This document shows positions 44,096 to 52,739 of a stretch of 52,739 nucleotides of DNA, one piece after another. Each line of letters begins with the position of its first letter. The first letter of the stretch is position 1. The notes below the pieces were generated by a model. The model searched no databases, was not told where the DNA came from, and saw nothing but the letters and a program-made list of their open reading frames with translations. The position numbers and the translations under genes are program-made. Source of the DNA: a virus (lineage: Duplodnaviria > Caudoviricetes); the IMG/VR virus record IMGVR_UViG_3300049489_000263, positions 1-52,739 of that record, one strand, 5' to 3'.

Positions 44096-47000
44096 GGTAA
44101 CTTCACGGTCCCCTGGCGGATGCCCCGCCGCAAGAGTTTGCCGAGCTTAACAGCGTCGTAGCCTTCATTGCCACTACTCGTGAGGCTGATATTGATATCA
44201 CCCACTGTCGTCGTGGCACCACTCGCAGCCTTCGTGTTCATGTTGTGGATCGCTGGGTAGAACCTTGCGGTTGCCATGCGATTCATAACATATTCACCAG
44301 GCGTCAGTCGGGCGTTGACACTATCAACGTAACCACCTGTTGCGAAGCCTGGAGTTGAACCAGCAGTTGCGCTCGGTGATAGGGCCTTAAGTGTTAGGAC
44401 TGAATTGATCAGGTCGCGCATATTAGAGTCAGCGAAACCAACCGAAGTGCCTAGTGAGTTGAAGCTGGATACCTGAGCATTGATGCTAGACGCTAGACTA
44501 GCGGCTTCAGTCTGCGTGGACGCGAGTGTTCCATTGAGTTGACTATAGACTGCAACAGCGTCAGCTATCTCTAACCGAAGTTCTTGTAGTCTATCCTGTT
44601 GCTCGCCAGTGAGGCCAACGGTGCCTTGCTTACGGGTTAGAGCTTCTTCTTCCTTACGAAGTCCTAGAATAGTAGTCTTCTGATTCACGATATCATTGGT
44701 CAGCTTCCGTAGCTTATCCGTCACATTCGTTATGTCGCGGCCACGATTAGCTTGTACGTTCTCTAGCGAAACACTTAACTTGCGACGTTGCGCTTCTGTA
44801 TTGAAGTCGTTCTGTAATTCGGCTAGGCGCTCAGCAAGCCTGATCTTATCTCCTGCCGAGGAGAAAAGGTCTGCGCCAGCCACCTTAGAAGCTAGCGATG
44901 TGAATCTGGCCTGCCGCTCAGCAAGTCCGGCCGAGTCCAGATTCTTAAGGTCTTGCGTTAGTCCAAGGATCTCAGTGAACGTCTCCTTGTACTGATCGGC
45001 TTGTGCACGAAGCTCGTCCTGTTCCTCTTTGAGCTTCTCAACTGTGCTTGCTCCTATGTCTGCTTGACGAGTCTGAAGGTCGAGTAGCACCTTACGTGCA
45101 TCAATCTGAGTTTGTAGTGTGAGACTCGTCAATGACTCTGAAGACTGTAAGCTAGCAGCTTCTTTAGCTAGTTCCTTTTCTTCAGCTTTCAAGGCCCTAA
45201 GGTCGCTAGTTAAGTCGCCCAGAGTATCAGAGGTTCGGATATCCGAAGCCGCATCACTTAGTCTGGCGCTTAACCGTGTGGAGCCATTCTTAGCCCGTCT
45301 AGTGGCTAGAGACTCTTTTGATTCACGTATCGAAGATAGCCGACGTTCTTTGAGAAGGTTTTCGTTGACCTCGGCGATTTTCGTAGCAATAGTCTTGCGA
45401 CGTTCGTCAATAGTAGCCAGCCGAGTAGTAGCCCGGTCTTTGTCTCGGTCGTAATCCTTGGCTAGATCGAAGGCTTGCTTAAGATATTTGACTGACTGTT
45501 TTGGATCCGTTGATCCAGCTGCCTGAGCCAAGAGTGACTTGACTGATTGGCTAGTGAGTTTCAGCTGCTCGGCTACCGTTGCACCTTTCTTAGCGTCTGA
45601 CAAGAACGACTCAGAGATATCCCGATCAAGGTCAAGTAGGAAGTCGCCCAGCGTCTTGGCGTCCTTACTGACCTGCTGAATCTCGGCATCCAAATCACTG
45701 ATCTTATCAGTAAAGCCCTTAACACTTCGATCAGCAACGTACTCAAACAACCTAGCCGACCGTTTTAGAACGTCCTCGAAGTCTTCGCTATCCTTGGCTA
45801 AATTGCTGAGGATTGGAGCGAATGAAGATTGGAGGCCATTGAGCGCGTTTGATAGGTCTTTCTCAACAGTCCTAGCAGATTCTTTCAAACTTGTATTGAG
45901 GTCTTTGAGGGTCGATTTTATGAATCGATCCATCCGATCATCATACTCTTTAAGAGCCTCAGCGCCATCAGCTGTGGACTTGGCTAGCCCGCGTGCAGCT
46001 AGAGTTCCTAACCTAGCAGCATCGGGTAATGCTAATAGTATATCAACAACGTCAACTAGGCGCAGTCCCAATTTCTGAGACGCTTGATCGACAAAATTGA
46101 TGCCCTTCTCGCCGAGTTCTACAAACTTATTCTTAACTTCGGTAAGCTGTGTAGTGATTCGCTTACCAGCACTATCGTAAGCTACTTCCAGTTTCTTTGC
46201 GTAGGTCTCACCAGAATTGGCGATACGTTCCTGGGCAGATATGAAATCATTGAGAGCCGCGCCAGTCAAACCTAAGCTACCACGGAAGCCACGAAGATCG
46301 GTAATGATCTCAGCCAGTCGCTCTGGGCCTTTGGCTAACTCAGTATTGAGCCGTTGTAAGATGCCGACTAGCCCGAACTGTTCAACAGCATTCTGGGCGC
46401 TAGATACTCCCCATTCCTGGTAGAGCTTGGTTAATTCCTTGCCAGGCTTCAACAACTTATTGAACAAGTTGAGCAACTGAGTCTGAGCATCGGCAGTGGA
46501 TGAACCTTGGTTCGTTAAGACTGCTAGCGCAGCACCAACGTCCTCAAGAGGAATCCCCAACTGCTTAGCTGGAACGATTGTGCGTCCAAAAGATGTAGCC
46601 AAGTCCTTGGCTACAACGTTACCTAAGTCGATCGTGGCAAAGAGCTTAGCCGAAACATCTTGAGCATCTACTGCATTGAGCTTGTAGGTATTGATAACTG
46701 CCGATAGCAGATTCACAGAATCTTCTGCGCCAGAGGCAGTGATCTGACCAAACTTCAAGGCATCTTCTACGAATAGTTTGACCTGCTCGCGGGAGCCACC
46801 GATCTGCGTAGATAGTGTATTATAAAATGCCTGTGCAGTTTCTTGTAGATCGGTGCCTAAAGCAGAACTAACCTCTAGAACTGCTGCTGACCAGGCCTTA
46901 AAACTTGGAGTGGCCTCGTCACTTAAGGTTAAGATACGCGATATCTGCTGCTGGTATTCAAGGGCAGTAGCTGCACCTTGCTGGAAGGCGTCGGCAGCCG

Positions 47001-47460
47001 CAAAGGCCGCACGATTAGCGAAATTATATACAACGCTCTTGGCCAGATTGGCTGGATTGATTGGCAGATTAAGGCTAGTCTCTGGTTTGCCAATATTCCT
47101 AGAGGCTTCCCGAGCAGCCCTAGCCGCGATCTTCTCTCGTTCCCGCGCAGCCCTTGCCGCCTCACGCACTACGGCATCAGCCTCACGCTTAGCAGCGGTT
47201 TCAGCCGCCCTTGACCGCTGGGCTTCGATACGAGCTAATCGACCGGCCGCACGAGTAGCTGACTCGACTTGCCGATTATGACTTGTGATTATTGTACCGA
47301 CAACTCTAGCGGCTGATTTCTGTAGGCTCAAGTCCGCTGATAGCTGCGCACGAACGTATCCACGATTCGCAGCATCAATAGCCTTAAGAGCATCTTGGAT
47401 CTGCTTCGAGCCCTTAACAAAGTCACTGGCATCAAAGCCTGCTTTAATCAGATCGGTCAT
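44092..47460 (-). CDS. Tape measure protein
   Basis: ~1120 aa helical; TP901-like core (DLATSFGR...GIPLEDVGAALAVLT..G); C-terminal GFATGGYV...LTPGEYVMN. Confidence 0.92.
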   Translation of the reverse strand: MTDLIKAGFDASDFVKGSKQIQDALKAIDAANRGYVRAQLSADLSLQKSAARVVGTIITSHNRQVESATRAAGRLARIEAQRSRAAETAAKREADAVVREAARAAREREKIAARAAREASRNIGKPETSLNLPINPANLAKSVVYNFANRAAFAAADAFQQGAATALEYQQQISRILTLSDEATPSFKAWSAAVLEVSSALGTDLQETAQAFYNTLSTQIGGSREQVKLFVEDALKFGQITASGAEDSVNLLSAVINTYKLNAVDAQDVSAKLFATIDLGNVVAKDLATSFGRTIVPAKQLGIPLEDVGAALAVLTNQGSSTADAQTQLLNLFNKLLKPGKELTKLYQEWGVSSAQNAVEQFGLVGILQRLNTELAKGPERLAEIITDLRGFRGSLGLTGAALNDFISAQERIANSGETYAKKLEVAYDSAGKRITTQLTEVKNKFVELGEKGINFVDQASQKLGLRLVDVVDILLALPDAARLGTLAARGLAKSTADGAEALKEYDDRMDRFIKSTLKDLNTSLKESARTVEKDLSNALNGLQSSFAPILSNLAKDSEDFEDVLKRSARLFEYVADRSVKGFTDKISDLDAEIQQVSKDAKTLGDFLLDLDRDISESFLSDAKKGATVAEQLKLTSQSVKSLLAQAAGSTDPKQSVKYLKQAFDLAKDYDRDKDRATTRLATIDERRKTIATKIAEVNENLLKERRLSSIRESKESLATRRAKNGSTRLSARLSDAASDIRTSDTLGDLTSDLRALKAEEKELAKEAASLQSSESLTSLTLQTQIDARKVLLDLQTRQADIGASTVEKLKEEQDELRAQADQYKETFTEILGLTQDLKNLDSAGLAERQARFTSLASKVAGADLFSSAGDKIRLAERLAELQNDFNTEAQRRKLSVSLENVQANRGRDITNVTDKLRKLTNDIVNQKTTILGLRKEEEALTRKQGTVGLTGEQQDRLQELRLEIADAVAVYSQLNGTLASTQTEAASLASSINAQVSSFNSLGTSVGFADSNMRDLINSVLTLKALSPSATAGSTPGFATGGYVDSVNARLTPGEYVMNRMATARFYPAIHNMNTKAASGATTTVGDINISLTSSGNEGYDAVKLGKLLRRGIRQGTVKLP

Positions 47461-47981
47461 CGTACCTCCTGCTTGATCCACGACGTTAATCGCGGAACTG
47501 CTGATGGCCAGTGTTCTAGCACATAACTATAGAAAGCCCGTTGACCAGCTACTAGGGCGGCCCACATGGCTTCTCTCCTCGACCACTGATAGACTCTGAT
47601 ATCAAAATCTAGCCGAAAGATAGGTCGTTCTTTTGTACCATAAGTAAGCGTGAACGAACGCTTACCATATTCTTCTCCAAGGTCAGGGCCGCGAGTTAGC
47701 GACTTCCTCCATGTGCCACCCGGCGTGAAAGCGCCTTTCTGCGGGCCACGTTGAGGACGAATTGCTGATCTCGCGCCAGTGAGCATCCGTACCGCTCTGG
47801 CGAGAGGTAGTACGGATGCTCTAGACATACCAGTATCGATATGGATGGCTGGCAATGCAGCTTTCACGAACTCTCTAACAGCCTCATTAAAGAGTTTCGT
47901 CATATTTTTATGCAGGTCACGTGTGAAGGTGCCTACATCGGCTTTCAAGGGCCTATACCTGATTTTGAGCATCGTTGCCAC
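47457..47981 (-). CDS. HK97 gp10-like tail completion/neck protein
   Basis: Basic; IDTGMSRAS resembles the gp10 PVDTG.LR.S motif. Confidence 0.55.
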   Translation of the reverse strand: MATMLKIRYRPLKADVGTFTRDLHKNMTKLFNEAVREFVKAALPAIHIDTGMSRASVLPLARAVRMLTGARSAIRPQRGPQKGAFTPGGTWRKSLTRGPDLGEEYGKRSFTLTYGTKERPIFRLDFDIRVYQWSRREAMWAALVAGQRAFYSYVLEHWPSAVPRLTSWIKQEVR

Positions 47982-48174
47982 CAGCCTCCTCGAACAACCT
48001 GAGTTGTTCGTAGCCCAGGATCATCGCCTTGATCCAGGTATCGCAATCATCGAATGAATCTGCGACACCTGGCGGCCGGATGCTCAATCGCTCACACGCA
48101 CGCCAGATCACATACTCTGACGTGCGGAAGTCTGGATAGATGGGTCTTACGCTTGACCCACTCCAGCTAAAAAA
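47953..48174 (-). CDS. Tail assembly chaperone -1 frameshift extension (gpGT-like)
   Basis: Slippery T TTT TTA at 48168-48174; -1 frame open SWSGSSVRPIYPDFRTSEYVIWRACERL...NQV* to 47953. Confidence 0.8.
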   Translation of the reverse strand, partial: FFSWSGSSVRPIYPDFRTSEYVIWRACERLSIRPPGVADSFDDCDTWIKAMILGYEQLRLFEEAGGNDAQNQV

Positions 48175-48605
48175 CGCTTAGTCGCTTCCTCGATACGTTT
48201 GGTCGATAGGCCGTTAGCGTCAATAGCCGCATTGATGATCGCTACGATTTCGGTGTCTGAGAACCCCGAAGCCTTGAGATCGGCGGAGTAGTTCTTCCAG
48301 GTACCTGGATCAGTAGTGACCGAGTCCCATTCCAGACCTTCGGTGGCCCGCAGCGACTCGATGATGATCCACGACATGCGTGTCTCAGCGTAAGTTGTTA
48401 CGGCCGCTTGATACTGAGTATCATTCACGTCGCGGGCAGTAGTGCCATCCTTATACGCGATGACAGGAGCTTCTGGCTCCTTAACGATGGACTCGAAACG
48501 TGATAGATCAACGACCCCACACCTAAAAACCAAGTCGCCATCCTTGCGTGGGATAACGACGACTTCTGGGGCAGGCTTGTTGATGGGCTTACCAGCGAGC
48601 TTCAT
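48147..48605 (-). CDS. Tail assembly chaperone (gpG-like)
   Basis: Between tail tube and TMP; ends KRFLAGVGQA over the slippery site. Confidence 0.8.
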   Translation of the reverse strand: MKLAGKPINKPAPEVVVIPRKDGDLVFRCGVVDLSRFESIVKEPEAPVIAYKDGTTARDVNDTQYQAAVTTYAETRMSWIIIESLRATEGLEWDSVTTDPGTWKNYSADLKASGFSDTEIVAIINAAIDANGLSTKRIEEATKRFLAGVGQA

Positions 48606-48618
48606 AGGAGCCTTTCTG

Positions 48619-48646
48619 AAAAGCCGGCGGGTAAGGACCCGCCGGC
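48619..48646 (-). terminator. Intrinsic terminator/attenuator after major tail gene
   Basis: GCCGGCGGGT-CCTT-ACCCGCCGGC-TTTT on - strand. Confidence 0.75.
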
Positions 48647-48656
48647 GTTAGTGGTT

Positions 48657-49157
48657 TCAGGGTGACTGAGCAGCACGAACCGTGGTCGCGTACTTGGCAT
48701 TGCACTTGCCAGAGCAAGTGATCTGACCGGCACGCGGATCATGGTCGAACGATTCCCACCGGAAGTCAGGCAGGGTGATCGTTTCCTTGTCCGAAGACGA
48801 GCAGTTCGGCTCGTAGGTGACTTCGATATCCACGGCATACGGGCGGCAAGCGTCCGAGTCCGTCGAAGTCCAAGCCGAAGCCGCGCCGATCTTCTTGAGA
48901 GCATCCTCAACGCTGGGAGTGCCAGTCGTCGAGAGAGCGCCCTTGATGTATTCCCAATTGAAGGTGAAGTTAACGTCCATCGGAACGTCATCGCCTTCAC
49001 GCACCTCGTCGATCACGCCTCGATCGAGCAGATACTCCATGTTCCGCTTCTCGGAGAACGTCAGGTTGCCATCACCGATCTTGATGGTCAACTCGTGCGG
49101 AGTAGTTGCGCCGTCCTTGATCTTCATAGTGCAGTGTTTGAGACTAAGTCTGGCCAT
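48657..49157 (-). CDS. Major tail tube protein
   Basis: 166 aa beta-rich, strong codon bias, position before chaperone and TMP. Confidence 0.8.
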   Translation of the reverse strand: MARLSLKHCTMKIKDGATTPHELTIKIGDGNLTFSEKRNMEYLLDRGVIDEVREGDDVPMDVNFTFNWEYIKGALSTTGTPSVEDALKKIGAASAWTSTDSDACRPYAVDIEVTYEPNCSSSDKETITLPDFRWESFDHDPRAGQITCSGKCNAKYATTVRAAQSP

Positions 49158-49160
49158 GCG

Positions 49161-49637
49161 TCATACCTCCAGGTACATTTCGTAGTGAGCCTCCACAGTA
49201 GCCTGCAACAATGGAATTGCTGGGTCGATTTGACCGAAGTGATTCGTTTGAATCCTCTCTCGGTTCCTAATATCCTGGATTAACTCCAGGCAGCCTAGTA
49301 GCGTCTGCGTGTCATCGGTACTTGCACCGTACTTATACACTGGAATGGTGTCGGTGAAGGCTGCGGCCACGTCACCGACCATTCTATGTATAGTGTGATA
49401 CGTAGTATCAGTGATCACGCTTTGCGTCAAGACGCTAAGCTCGATGTATAGACGCCAGAAGTCCTTGCTCTCCTCGGTGTAGTATGGGCCATCCATACGT
49501 ATTTCCACCAAGTTCTCAGGCTCTGCGGGTGTTCGACTTTGACCTTCGATGAATACTTGATATTGCGTCAGCCTATCAGATAGGTGCTTACTAATTGATG
49601 CAAATATCCAACGAGCCCAGTGAGGATTTGCACTCAT
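49161..49637 (-). CDS. Tail terminator / completion protein
   Basis: Size and position just upstream of tail tube. Confidence 0.6.
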   Translation of the reverse strand: MSANPHWARWIFASISKHLSDRLTQYQVFIEGQSRTPAEPENLVEIRMDGPYYTEESKDFWRLYIELSVLTQSVITDTTYHTIHRMVGDVAAAFTDTIPVYKYGASTDDTQTLLGCLELIQDIRNRERIQTNHFGQIDPAIPLLQATVEAHYEMYLEV

Positions 49638-50953
49638 GGAGTCACCTCTTGGACTGCATTGATTCGATCACCTACCATGATATACATGTGTTCGTCCTCA
49701 TATAGCTCTACATTCTTGAGTGTGTAGACTTGGTTGCGGAATATGATTTTGTCTTCAAGAGTGATCTTGATTCTCTCGGTTCCAGTGCTACTTAGGTAAG
49801 GTAGATCCTTGATATCGACGATGAAGACTCGTTCGTTCTTCGTGAAGGTTCCACCGTAAGCGAAGTTCTTGTTTGAAGCTAGAAAGGTGAGGTCGTAGAT
49901 GAAGTCTCGTAATTGTGACACAGGCATACATACAACGCGCCTGATATACGTATCAGTATATGGCTTAGCTGATATGCCAGTAGTCACGTCGTACGTATTA
50001 GGCCCAGCGTACTGACGAAGGTAGCCAGGCAATCCATGCGTGAACTTGACTGCATACATGGTATTGCGTACCTCCGTAAGTGTATTGCGCCAGAGCCGAT
50101 GATCATATGGCGTATAGATATTCTGTGCAGTGGCCAGCATCGTGGCCAGCGGTACAGAAGCATCAACCGTACCAGTAACATAGTTAACTACGGTACCTGA
50201 ACCACTTAGTGTGGCTATAGGTGTCGTGCCAATGAACTGGCCGACAACCTTGACGACACCACTTGCTGATGTGCTTGGACTTGGCGTAGTCCCGGCAAAA
50301 GAGCCGATATTCTTGAGGCCGCCACTGGCAGCAGTCGTAACCTTTGGAACAGTACCTGCGAACGATCCACTGAACTTAAGGCTTCCAGTCGCTGAGATCG
50401 TTGGTACTGGTATCGAACCTGCGAATGCACCCGTTACTGGCTGAGCTATGTTACCTGACCCATTAGCTGTAGTTAATGGTATCGTGCCAGCAAACGAACC
50501 TTGGAACTTGAGACTGCCTGTGGCTGAAGTAGTAGCCTTAGGTATCGTACCAGCAAAAGAACCCAAGTTGTTGGCTACTGCACCAGAAGCGGCCATCGTG
50601 GCCTTGGGTGTAGTAGCAGCAGCCGAACCGTTGAACTCCAGGCTACCAGTCGCGTCGGTCGTGGCCTTGGGAGTTGAGCTAGCGAAGGAACCACTGAACT
50701 TGAGGCTTCCAGTTGCCGAGGTCGTGGCTAGCGGCGTCGTGCCAGCGAACGAGCCTAGATTGTTGGCTACCGCACCATTAACTGCGATCGTGGCCAACGG
50801 AGCCGAACCAGCAAACGATCCGCTAATCGTCTGGACGCCGCTGGCCGACATAGTGGCCAGCGGATTGGTTCCAGCAAACGTACCAGTGATACCAGAATCA
50901 CCAAGAAGAATAGTCTTGGCAGACGGTGACCTTAAGGTTAGTGCCACCGCCAT
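49634..50953 (-). CDS. ~22-aa repeat domain fused to a head-closure-like C-terminal domain
   Basis: About 11 repeats of GSFAGTxPxATxSAxG; C-terminal YDVTTG...DKIIFRNQVYTL..V resembles head-closure proteins. Confidence 0.65.
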   Translation of the reverse strand: MAVALTLRSPSAKTILLGDSGITGTFAGTNPLATMSASGVQTISGSFAGSAPLATIAVNGAVANNLGSFAGTTPLATTSATGSLKFSGSFASSTPKATTDATGSLEFNGSAAATTPKATMAASGAVANNLGSFAGTIPKATTSATGSLKFQGSFAGTIPLTTANGSGNIAQPVTGAFAGSIPVPTISATGSLKFSGSFAGTVPKVTTAASGGLKNIGSFAGTTPSPSTSASGVVKVVGQFIGTTPIATLSGSGTVVNYVTGTVDASVPLATMLATAQNIYTPYDHRLWRNTLTEVRNTMYAVKFTHGLPGYLRQYAGPNTYDVTTGISAKPYTDTYIRRVVCMPVSQLRDFIYDLTFLASNKNFAYGGTFTKNERVFIVDIKDLPYLSSTGTERIKITLEDKIIFRNQVYTLKNVELYEDEHMYIMVGDRINAVQEVTP

Positions 50954-50956
50954 GGT

Positions 50957-52739
50957 TCAGTCTCCGAACTTGAAGGTCAGACTCTGGCCACTCTTGGTCG
51001 TGCTTTCTTTCGCAGTGGCGATCATGTCGCGGGTGTTGTCGTACCACGTTACAGAGACCGCGCCATCGCCGGTACGGCTACCGGACACCAGGCGTTCATC
51101 GGTGGCATTATCGCGCACTTCCACGTCGACCGTCCCGCCACCAGACCCGCTGATCGTGATGCTGGTCGTGAAGGTGTAATCGTGCCAATTAACCCAGCAG
51201 TACGCGAAGATCTCACGCATCGGTGTCGTGATGGCCACCGTGCAAGCACCTGCCACAGGATCCACCACGTTCGTCGCCGGATCCGTGGGCCACCGCTTGA
51301 CCTTCTCCAGACCTTCGCAGGCGTGCCACTTCGGGCCCATGTTGGCGTCTGTGTTCCAGTTCGTGCCTCCCTCAACCACCCAGCCAAGGTTATCGCCGAT
51401 CTTCACGGACATCCGAGCCAAGGCCGACTGACCAGAGGTGCCAAGCTCGCTGACGACAGCACCGGCCGAACTGATGAAATAGGACGCCTCGTTGATATAG
51501 AACCGGAGCGACCCCGTCGACGATGAACTGGAGGGCGTGCCGAAGTCAGCGAAATGGTAGGACGGGAACATCGCCGTGCTATGCCGATTGCTCGCCGCTT
51601 TGTCGTAATAGTAATTGACGTACACCATGGCCATCACGCCGCCAGCCGCGGCAGGGGCTGTGGTCGCCCTGGCGCTGATGGTCAGGGTGTTCTTGCCGCG
51701 TGCGAAGCTGATACCAGAACCGGCCGCGCCGCCTGAGTCAAAGCGTTGCGTGACGGACAGCGGTCCAGACACGTCGGCCGGGGATGCGCCATAGGCGCGG
51801 GCCGTCTGGCTTCCGAAGGCGAACTCCATCGTGCCTGGGTCGGACGTTTGCTGCCACGTAATATGCGCGCCGGATTGCAGGAGACCGGCATTCGCGCCTT
51901 CCACCCAGAACTCCACCGTCTTGAACGTGCGCTCCGTGGCCGCCGTTCCGGTTGCCAGCGTCATCCCGACTTGCGCGGGGATCACGTCGGTGTGCGTGAG
52001 AACCGTACTGTTGGTGTGGTCGTACTCGTAGGTCACAACCATGAGCGCGCCCGCGTGCGCGATGGTCGCTCCCGCGACGTTGGTCACGCGCATCTTGAGG
52101 TCATGCGCGGTCGTGGTCGTGATATCGGCCCGACGCCAAATGCACTCCATGTAGTAGTCCGACTGATTCGCGGCATCGAAAGGACCGATCTGGACCTCGC
52201 TCTCGGAGTCCAGCGCCAGACCCAGCGACCAGTCCGTCGTGCCGGCCTCGTTCGTGTTGAACGGCAACACGAAGTAGCAATCTCGGATGGTCGGGCTTGC
52301 CTCTTTGATGAAGCCACTACTGGTCAACTGTGGCACGCCGCCGGTCCCGCCGACCGTCTGGAGCGTTGTCGTCAGGTCGCCAGTCAGTCCGTCGAGCGGG
52401 ATCACCAGCGTGTTCAACTGCGTGCCAAGCGTGTCGTCATACTCATACGTTATGAATAGTTCGCCGGTCGTGATCCAGTGGCGGCCGTTGGCCGCCTCAC
52501 CACGATGACATTGCCCGATACGGAAATCATACTGCTTGCTAGTGTCGCTGGAGCCCCATGCGGTGTTCATGGCTGACGTGACATCAACCTGGAACACGTC
52601 GCCGGTTGTCTCGCCAGCCGGCGTCCAGTTGTTCGTCGTCGTCCATCGTGTGCCGACCGTTGCCCAGGCGGCAGACCCCCACCGGCCCTGCATGAAGCGA
52701 TGCTCGATAGCCACCGCAGAGTTGAACGAAACGCCGACG
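50957..52739 (-). CDS. Large beta-rich virion protein, 5' end probably beyond the window
   Basis: Frame open to the window edge; Thr/Gly/Ala-rich; higher GC than flanking genes. Confidence 0.7.
   Translation of the reverse strand, partial: VGVSFNSAVAIEHRFMQGRWGSAAWATVGTRWTTTNNWTPAGETTGDVFQVDVTSAMNTAWGSSDTSKQYDFRIGQCHRGEAANGRHWITTGELFITYEYDDTLGTQLNTLVIPLDGLTGDLTTTLQTVGGTGGVPQLTSSGFIKEASPTIRDCYFVLPFNTNEAGTTDWSLGLALDSESEVQIGPFDAANQSDYYMECIWRRADITTTTAHDLKMRVTNVAGATIAHAGALMVVTYEYDHTNSTVLTHTDVIPAQVGMTLATGTAATERTFKTVEFWVEGANAGLLQSGAHITWQQTSDPGTMEFAFGSQTARAYGASPADVSGPLSVTQRFDSGGAAGSGISFARGKNTLTISARATTAPAAAGGVMAMVYVNYYYDKAASNRHSTAMFPSYHFADFGTPSSSSSTGSLRFYINEASYFISSAGAVVSELGTSGQSALARMSVKIGDNLGWVVEGGTNWNTDANMGPKWHACEGLEKVKRWPTDPATNVVDPVAGACTVAITTPMREIFAYCWVNWHDYTFTTSITISGSGGGTVDVEVRDNATDERLVSGSRTGDGAVSVTWYDNTRDMIATAKESTTKSGQSLTFKFGD

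Overview
A 52.7-kb piece of a tailed dsDNA phage genome with a long non-contractile (siphovirus-like) tail; head and terminase genes are not visible and probably lie beyond the right edge. Layout: (i) 1-3450, a repeat-rich, mostly non-coding end with a small + strand operon led by a divergent ParB-like gene; (ii) 3457-11180 (-), early/accessory genes (PD-(D/E)XK nuclease, ATP-dependent ligase, ECF-like sigma, GT8-like glycosyltransferase, endonuclease V, tRNA-Leu); (iii) 11550-25800 (-), DNA metabolism (two-subunit C5 methyltransferase in overlapping frames, NYN, HD, VRR-NUC, PolA, two more ParB proteins, SNF2 helicase, SSB-like, two tRNA-like RNAs); (iv) 26311-32526 (+), primase-helicase, dNMP kinase, dCMP deaminase, Dam-like MTase, TylF-like MTase, DEDDh exonuclease; (v) 32360-52739 (-), tail morphogenesis and putative glycan-modifying genes. 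The strongest unexplained signal is a 15-bp palindrome, TGATAY-NNN-RTATCA, with at least 18 perfect and about 20 near-perfect copies across the window, mostly inside genes, in a phage encoding three ParB-family proteins and no visible ParA. This is a candidate ParB/parS-like genome-coating system. Also notable: a conserved ECF-type promoter built on the same half-site, three clustered perfect sigma54 boxes, tandem non-canonical tRNA-like RNAs, and a gene cassette flanked by 22-bp direct repeats. All motif counts were made by eye and no database searches were run.
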